From Epiperipatus broadwayi (Eukaryota; Animalia; Onychophora), in contig JAQFVV010000001.1 of the NCBI GenBank assembly GCA_028023455.1, forward strand, positions 11,098,001 to 11,162,000: a stretch of 64,000 nucleotides of DNA. Direction: 5' to 3'. Position numbers and translations under genes: made by a program. The notes beneath the pieces were generated by a model that made no database searches, was not told the DNA's origin, and worked only from the letters and a program-made list of their open reading frames with translations. This document shows, in pieces, positions 55,683 through 64,000 of the stretch; position 1 is the first letter of the stretch; the number at the start of each line of letters is the position of its first letter.

Positions 55683-56499
55683 AATAAGAATATTCAAAAA
55701 ACTTGTTAAGAGCTATTAGCATGCTCATTATATAACATTTGTAGTTCCAGCTTATTAATTCAAGTCATGTGATATATGACTTGATTTCCTTGCAATTATT
55801 ATTTTGCTCTTGAGACTTTGACAATTTTATATTGCTAAATCTATGGTGTATTTGAACTTAGTTCAGTCCCATATATTTATTTAAATTAGATAACTGGATT
55901 TAAAAACATATATAAATGTTTGAAAATTTTAGATTTTCTACTTAATAGGTAACTATTAGATAAATGCTGGAGCTTGACCTGATATTTTTAAATCTAATAC
56001 CTGAATGTCCTAGTGGCTCATTGATGACAGCAGAAAATCATCTGGGGATAAGGATATTCAGAAAAGCTTTAATAAGAGCTATTATCATGCTCATAATATA
56101 ATATTTATAGTACAAGACTATTAAAGTAAGTCACGTGATCTGTGACTTGATTTTCTTGCAATATATATATATATGTAGGTAAAAAAAAAATACTCCAGTG
56201 CAAGCCAAGGCCTTTCCAATGGTTTTACAAAAAGTAATAATGAAGTAGAAAATATTATTTACTATTTTTCCAACTTTTCCATGATAAGAGTTTAAATACT
56301 TTTTCATCTTTATTTCACACTTTTGATAAGAATAATAAGGTACTCACTTAATAGACAATAAGAAAATAGATATATTAGGTATAGATTTATTAATTAAAAT
56401 AAATTACTGAAAATGTTTACTTTACTCGGCCTAGAGTTAAATTTCTAGGATGCAAAAACAACAGACACATGCATTAATTCCTTTATCAAATGCTATTGT

Positions 56500-56960
56500 A
56501 TATTTAATATTTATTTGTAAGAATTGACATTAAGAAAACCTTAAATAGACAAGGAAAATCCAAAAAACATTTATATGTATTGTGGTATATATATCCAAGG
56601 ATAGAAGATAACTACAGAAAATATACACTCAGTATAATATCAGAATAGTTTTCCAAATCCATAGTATTATATGAGGAATCCTAACCACAACAAAACCTAA
56701 ACTTGAAATGCTGAAAAATAAAAACTGCATTTACAAAATAACATGTGAATGTGGAGGATGCATACTATTGAAAAGCAATTAAAAACACACACTGGTAATT
56801 AGAAATAAAAAAGCAGATATACCTATAGTAGCAGATCATCTATGTACCAATGAATATATATATGTTCTTTTGAGAAGTAACAAAAATATTGATCAGAGTG
56901 AAAAGAGCACAAAAAATAATATTTAACGAAAGTGATCGCATAACAATGGCAATCATCTCA
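56500..56960 (+). mobile_element. Penelope-like element relic: RT linker plus GIY-YIG endonuclease
   Basis: YIQG...NIRIVFQIHSII*GILTTTKPKLEMLKNKNCIYKITCECGG...KHTLVIRNKK...VADHL...KNIDQSE matches the PLE pattern PYI.G...NIRVVFK...L...K.K......IY.I.C.CG...EH...VA.H; the YIG segment appears deleted. Confidence 0.75.
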
Positions 56961-58046
56961 TAATATCTGGAAATCAATAATCTTGATTTTTTTTTAAAAA
57001 AAAAAGTGATGAAATCAGAGTGACCATCATATATAAGTATATGGAATTTCTACTGACTGTTGCCTTAGGTAGAATAGCTTAATTCGTTATAGCATTGCTT
57101 TAAATTCAATGAGGCCAGCAACACCTGAATAAGAAAGAATTCTACTACTTAAAATAGTGTGTTATATACTATTAGCTATTACTAACAATTGAACATATTT
57201 AAAAAGTTTATATATAGTTTGTATTTTTTTTAAAAATTTAGAAATTAATATTAGATGTTGGCAATTGCTATTAAATATATATATAATGTTTTTTGCAGTT
57301 TCATAATCAATTAATCATATGGATTTGGGAGAGGAGTATTTTTTTTTTTTTTTTTAGCATCTATAAATTTCATTTATTTATTAACTTTAACATAAAGAAT
57401 ATAATAATTATCTGAATCCACATTTTAATTATCTATAAAGAAAGAAAAAAGCCTGAAAAATTATCGTGTAGAAACTTCATCGTTAATTTATAAATAGTAC
57501 TTCTTAATTAAAATTAATGATGAAACATTCATTTTTGATGTGCACTAAATTCCGTATAAAATCTGATTACGGCTTCTAAATTTGAGCAAATTTACTATTT
57601 AGCAAATTATCAACGACATTTGTAAGTTTTTGTTAGTAAATACTTCATTGTATATTTGGCTTTAATCAGTTTTGTTTTAGTTACAATCTTATCTATGTTT
57701 ATTTATAATTTCAATTTAGAGCCAACTTCTATTCGTCATTCCCATCAACCGTTTTAATTTTCTTCATAATAAATAAATAAATAATGTAGCTATCTCTAGG
57801 ATTGCAGTAAACAAACCATTAAAAAAGCACACATAGCAAATTTTGATAAGTTCAATCTTTACAATTTTTTATTTTATAATAAATTCACATATACATACAG
57901 ACATGCTAAGACATATATATTTTCAATTTTTCTGTTTCTCATTGTTTTTGAACTATATATATATAAACTTTCGATGAGTTATATATATGGTTATAATTTA
58001 TTCTGGAGAAAAATAAGTGTGAAATTTTGAGTTAGTCATTTATTTA

Positions 58047-58158
58047 CTTTTTTTTTCATATGTCATAGCATCGGCGGGAGGCGAACCCACAACCGTCTGC
58101 AACCAACTACTTGCTTGCAAGGCGGCTGCGATGACCTCTCGGCTAACAACGCTTGACA
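58047..58158 (-). mobile_element. Short tRNA-derived (Leu-like) SINE, copy 1
   Basis: A box TAGCCGAGAGG, B box GGTTCGCCTCC, A-rich tail; 17 bp TSD GAGTTA(G/T)TCATTTATTT at 58029-58045 and 58159-58175. Confidence 0.88.
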
Positions 58159-59720
58159 GAGTTATTCATTTATTTGTTATTATATTATGCAGAAATGTTG
58201 TTTATATATATGTTTTAACTTACACGTAAAATCAATAAATATTTTAAATACAGAAAATTAATGATATTGAAAATAATGATAGCAATAAAACAAAATAGAT
58301 TAATAAAGCAAAATAGATTTTTTATAAAAATATACGGATTGCTGGGTATTAATTTTGATACTCATTTCAATAGTGATGAGAATCGTTAGTGGAGTATCAT
58401 CTCTCTCTATAATTTGCTGTACTTTCATAATTTAAATCTAATATATTAAATTAATTAATTTAAACATATACTGTATTTAATATTATTGTTTGTCAGTTTT
58501 AATCTTTAAACAGATGCTATGCGTTTCTATTTTGAATGTTAACTTCCCTTTGTACCAAATAAATTAATATATGATTACAATGTTGTGCAACTCTAGAGAA
58601 TTTTTCATAGATTGTACTATGTAAATTATTTTGACTTTAATATTAGATTATAATTCACTCAATCCTTTTTTTTTTCTTTAATTAACACTTTCCTGGAAAA
58701 TTAAATTAAATTGAAGTTCAAATTGCATGATATAGTTTTTCAAATATATGTGTTTTTCCGTTTGAATAGAACTTCTAATAAAATAAGGCTATTTTTTAAC
58801 ACAATTATTATTAAAAATAATTTTATATATAGTTAAAATAATGAAAATATATTAAAAGCAATAATTTATCGTTAGTAAAAAAAATGGTTTTTTATTTAGC
58901 TAAAATATTTTATTATTATTATTATTATTTTCCACAATATAAATATAGATCATTCTAAAAACATATCATAATTATGAAATATATTTTTTAAAGAGTAAAA
59001 ATCATAAATCCAAAAATACTTTAGAAATAATAAAAACTCATCTTCCTGCAGTACAAATATAATATAAAAAAGCATAATCATTTTATACCAGTTGATCTTT
59101 ATCTCTAAAGTTTTCTTATTTGTTGACACGAAAATCAAATGACAAAAATAAAAAGCTAAAATATTACCATTCTATAGTTTCTATGTAAAATTACAATGCA
59201 AGCATTAGGACACAGACTATTCAAATGATATCATGAATAACTTCAAGACATGCAATGTAAGTGATCACAGTGTTAGTCAAGAAAATCCATCAATGATTTG
59301 AAAAATTAGTACTATAATTTACTCATATTGGTAGAACTAAAAACATTACCAATTTCAGTTAATATTCTGAATAATATCAAGAGATTTTCATAATAAGAAA
59401 TTAATAGAAAAAAAATTAATAAATATCAAAGATTTAATAGGATCTTAATGCAATAAAAATGGCATCTGCTTTACAAATTAAATGCATAGTAATAATATTC
59501 AGCAAGCACATATCAATATAGCTGAATCTATTCTTAAATTTTTTTAAAACTTTCATGCCAATTTTTAAATATTTTTACAAATATAGATATTTATTTATTT
59601 TTATATATTTAATACTTACATTTCACCACTCACATCCTTCAAACACATGAATAAAGCCTTGTAAATTAAACTGTAGTAGTAATGACATGCATCATATAAG
59701 TTTTGCTTTGTAGATTTAGA

Positions 59721-60706
59721 ATAGGAATGGCCAACCTATGGTGCATATCTATGGTGCATATACAACTGTGACATGTTGAACTTCTAAATGTAAAAATAAA
59801 AAGTAAACCTATATCTTATAAAAAAAAATAATGGTACTTGTGAGCCTTGTCCAATGTGGCTGCTTATGTGCTGTGTCTCCGCAAAAGCAAAAAAATATGC
59901 TGTTTACGCAACCTAAGTTACCGCCTATAGAACAGTTCTGTTCATATTAGCTGTTAGCAGGCCTAGATGGCATTGCACACATGCTTGGGGTCTATGGAAA
60001 TATCATACACTTCACAGCTCACTACTATATGATGTGAGGGTGTATGGAATTCAACTTGTCATAAGTGTTTTAATGTGCATTCGAAGTAATGATCTTGAAA
60101 CTTACATACTAATAATTGTAAGCCCATTGCTGCATTTCCCTACACATCTTGGAAGGTGAAAAAAATTTCAAAAGGGTAATTCCCAAAATCATTTTACATA
60201 AGTCATGTGAAAAGGCACATTTGCAGAAGAATATCTATGAGAGTAATAAACTAGCTGTATTTGTAGCAAAACCAAACCATCGTACCCTCCCACACACACA
60301 CACACATTTCAGCACTACACCCTGACAGTTTTGTTTGCTCATACAAGTGCTATGCACTAAAAGTTTTGTTTGCTCAGACTAGCACATGTATTGAATGATC
60401 CTTCAGATCTGCAAACCATCAGATCCTCCCACACCCACATTCCAGCGTTATGTGCTGAAAGCTTTATTTGCTCATATGCATATATTGACTGATCCTTTGA
60501 ATCTACAAATCATTGGATCCCCCTCTGCACATTCCAATGCTATGTGCTGAAAGCTTTGTAATTTATAAAATAATGTTGTTTCGTAAATTTTTAAAATATA
60601 TTTTTAAAAATTTTCGGAGAACAAAAAGCAAAAAATTATCGGTCTGGTAACATTACATTTCATTATTTTTCCAAGCAATAATGCCATTGAGTGGCCACAC
60701 TGGAGA
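59721..60706. mobile_element. Probable hAT-type MITE with internal ~95 bp tandem repeats (60270-60560)
   Basis: Left end AGGAATGGCCAACCTATGG resembles hAT termini; weak inverted match GTGGCCACACTG near 60690; GATCC...CACATTCCA..G.TATGTGCTGAAAGCTTT repeated. Confidence 0.4.
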
Positions 60707-61421
60707 AAGTGCACAAGAACCAAAATAATATTGTAATTAAAAACATTTATTACTACTTAGATAAAGATTTTTGTAACAATAACTGTCTTACTGATGATGA
60801 TGATGTTTTTATACTTATGACTCATATATATATATAATATACACAGATAACACTTCTGATGTTTTACAAGTTTATCTAGAATTATTTGACATTTGAATTT
60901 CAATTAATTAAATTTAGTTAAAATAGATATTCATTATGATGATGATCAAATTTTCTGTCTCTCATATAATTTCTTGAATAAAGTACTCTGATTATATTTC
61001 CTGGCCATCATACATCATTCATAAGTGTTTATTTGAATATATAGGGTTGAACTCTATTAATGCTAATTCAGATGCTACTTTCTTCTAAGACAGACCACCT
61101 ATAATATATTATCCTCTGGTGTCATCATTGCAGTTTTCATGGTAACAATTTTATTTTACTTAACTTAGAGTTTGCTCAGGATCAAGGGAGAACTGTTATG
61201 TATACATTGTAAATGAGACTATTGAGAGAGCACACATAATTAAATAATTTACACAACAACATTAACCGATTTATATCAAAAATACCTTTAGACATTATAC
61301 TTTATGATTAGAATAATAAATCAATAAACATAATAAAGAAAAAATATCAAAGATTAACTATAAATGTCATAATTAAAGGCATATAAACATTTAAAAACAT
61401 AGATATCAGCTTACACTAAAC

Positions 61422-63400
61422 CAGGAATCGGCAAACTGCAGCTTGCAAGGACACGTGATTCTGAAGTAAAATTGAAAATTAAAATAAAACTATCATTGTT
61501 TCATTTATAAAAATTTTAAAGAATTTTATTCACATAGTAATGATTTCATTTATTTTATAAGTCTCACAAAACTTAGTGGCACTAAGATATTCAAAGTGTG
61601 ATGTCACAGAGAGAAAAACAAGTAGGCAATACAGAGAAAAAAAGTAATTGATAAGAGAGCACATGGGTGCTTTCTACTGAGCAAAACAACACTTGAAATG
61701 GTAAAATGTAAAAGTGGGTAATCTAAGAGAGGCATGAGTAATTGTTTTTTGTGCAGTTTTTATATTTGCATGAACATGAATATAATGTGCTAAAGGTAGC
61801 ATGGCTGTCAAGCATTGTTAGCCGAGAGGTCAGTGCAGCTGCCTTGCAAGCAAGCAGTTGGTTGCAGACAGTTGTTGCAGGTTCACCTCCCTAGCAGATG
61901 CTTTAATATATGAAAAATAAAAAGTAGCATGGCTTGAAAAAAAAGTAAGAAAAACAATAGATGAATATCATGTTTTTTAAATGGAATAAACTGAATGTTT
62001 TGCATTTATCTCAAATTCAAATGGCCTTCTAACTTCTCATATTTGCCCAGAAAACTGGAACACAACAAAAACCCAAATTTGGAAAGACACTTCATGACAA
62101 AATATCCCATATTTTCCAGAAAATATCCTCTCAGTATGAGAAGAAAAGCTATTGAAGAACTTCAGAAAAATATTGAAAAATCAAGTTCTATATTTAATTA
62201 TTGGAGACAGTCTGCCATTAAGGTTAATATTGCAATCTTTGTAGTGAGTCAGAAGATCATTAAAAAAAGAAAACCATTCACAGATAGTGAACACATGAAA
62301 TGTTGTTTTGTTAATGTATGTGAAAAACTTTTTCAGGATTTCAAATAAAGTTAAAACATGCCATAGCTTTCCAAATGTGACATGTTAAAGCATTTTGCAT
62401 CTTGCATAAATGAAATCAAACTATTCATTAACAATAAGAGTGTTCAATATTTAGAATTAGTAGAAGATCAGTGGTTTCAAAAATTGCACTTTGTGGTGGA
62501 TATTACATCACAACTGAATCAGCTCAATCATTAATTACAAAGCAAGAGAAATACTGCTTTTTCAGAAGTAGAAGTTATTTTATTTGAAATAAAATTGATT
62601 CTGTTCATAGATGTTTAGGGAGAGAAACTTTAATTCATTTCCCAAACTTGTCTTAATATCACCAAGAAAACAATGCTCTCATTGGTGAAGATTATTTCAA
62701 GACATCCATTTTAAACATGAGAGAAACTTGTTTCCAAAGGTTTCAGGATTTTTTTTTTGTTACAAATCCTCTTAATGCCAATGTGAAGGAATTAAATTTT
62801 TCACCATCTGAGATTGATACAGCTAATTATGAAATACAATTACTGAACCTGACTACTTATGGAGCTCAAAATTTTGTACATCTTGGTATTGAAATAGAAG
62901 AACTAAAAAAAGAAAACTGCAGTATGATTTCACAGCATAAGCAGACAGCTATAAAAGATCTACAGAAGGCAGGTACAATGATTTTCACTAATATCTTTCT
63001 GGAATCATACCCTGAGTTGAAAAAATGTGCAGTTGATGTTTTCAATATCTTCAGATTTACATATTTATGTGAACATTCACTTTCTAACACAAATTTCATT
63101 AAATATAAATTGAGGAGCTAAATTACTGATACCAAATTGGAATTTGCCTTAATTAAAAATGACTTGTTACAAACTAAACATACAGAAATTTTCTAAGAAA
63201 ATGCAAGCTCATTTTTCACACTGATTAAAAGCAATGAGACCAATGTTTTGCGAGATTTTTTCTTTATTGAATAAAGATATAATTAATATTATAACTTGTT
63301 ATAATATTACTTTAAATTTTGTTTATTTGTAAATATATGTATTTATGGCTCTTGAATAATTTTTAAATTGTTGTGAGGCACAATTTTACTCTTTCATTAT
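61422..63400 (+). mobile_element. Internally deleted, decayed hAT transposon (GTF2IRD2/SPIN-Buster-like transposase)
   Basis: Left end CAGGAATCGGCAAACTGCAGCT; ORF 61995..62348 (NLERHF.TKY..F..KYP...KPFTDSEHMKCCF....EKLFQDFK); ORF 62717..63121 ends in the hATC-like YPELKKCA....IF..TYLCE.S.S..NFIK.KLRS. Confidence 0.88.
61807..61923 (+). mobile_element. Short tRNA-derived (Leu-like) SINE, copy 2, inserted in the hAT element
   Basis: Diverged copy of 58047-58158; perfect 11 bp TSD GTAGCATGGCT at 61796-61806 and 61924-61934; A-rich tail. Confidence 0.88.
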
Positions 63401-64000
63401 AGTGGCCTCTTTTCCATATGCATTTAAATTCTTATGATTGGTTTCAATAAACAATTTAAGCTTACTATCAGTGGATACATTCAGGCCTGAGGTATGATGT
63501 TAAAGTCCCTATTGGTTGATTCAGTTAATGTAGTCTGCTATTTAAATGCATGCGCTATACAAATAAAGGTGATAAGAAACAGTTCTCTCATGAACAAAAT
63601 CATTTCTGAACATTTTATAGAGCTTCTTAAGGGTTGATAAGGTTACATCATTCAGATTCTGGCAGGTACATATCAGGTTAGCTCAACAAATCATGTTTAT
63701 TATTTTTTATTTCACAGAATTTTCACATTTAGCTGTTTTTTGGGTCAGTACCAAAAAATAGCACAGCAATGGTCTTCCTACATGATCCATAATGCTTCTG
63801 AAGCTAGAATTGAACAATTCAAACAATATGCACTTTGGTATGCCATGGACAATGTTATTCCTCTCCTCTTCCTTTTTATATTTTTATGGCCTATATCCTA
63901 TTAAGGATACTTTCTCTTATGATTTGCCACTTATCTGCCATTTTTTCTTTTTTTTGTTGTTGTTGTTTCCAATTTAATCCTTTAATTAACCTTTGTCCAA

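Larger units (their letters stand above)
55240..56160. mobile_element. Hammerhead-repeat family B array: ~1 minus-strand unit then ~1.4 plus-strand units (~355-371 bp period), inversion at ~55622
   Basis: TAATACCT.AATGTCCTAG at ~55624 and ~55995 (+) and its reverse complement at ~55292-55312; hammerhead motif in each unit. Confidence 0.88.

Noticed and set aside
57100-57135. TCAATGAGGCCAGCAACACCTGAAT as the 3' pLTR hammerhead of the Penelope relic
   Set aside because: Core is too degenerate, with no helix I or III support.
58061-58157. Functional tRNA gene
   Set aside because: The cloverleaf is non-canonical, and the poly(A) tail, TSDs and second diverged copy indicate a SINE.

Overview
Very AT-rich, CpG-depleted eukaryotic (metazoan-like) genomic DNA with no prokaryotic operon structure, no CRISPR array and no intact long CDS. 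Almost all entries in the ORF track are spurious or are fragments of dead transposons. The most notable content is three families (A, B, C) of ~350-480 bp tandem repeats, each unit carrying a type I minimal hammerhead ribozyme (CUGAUGA...GAAA...NUH, long bulged helix I, tiny palindromic helix III). The arrays show tandem-plus-inverted architecture, and one sits next to a Penelope-like GIY-YIG relic, which is what non-LTR retrozymes or Penelope pseudo-LTRs look like. The background appears to be a long, heavily decayed + strand Fat-type cadherin gene (cadherin motifs ~2.7-28 kb, laminin-G-like motif ~41 kb). It is riddled with LINE relics, hAT and pogo-like DNA transposons, two foldback elements and microsatellites, including a 1.2 kb (GATA)n array. 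A short tRNA-Leu-like SINE occurs twice with target-site duplications. All protein assignments come from manual translation and motif recognition, not database searches.
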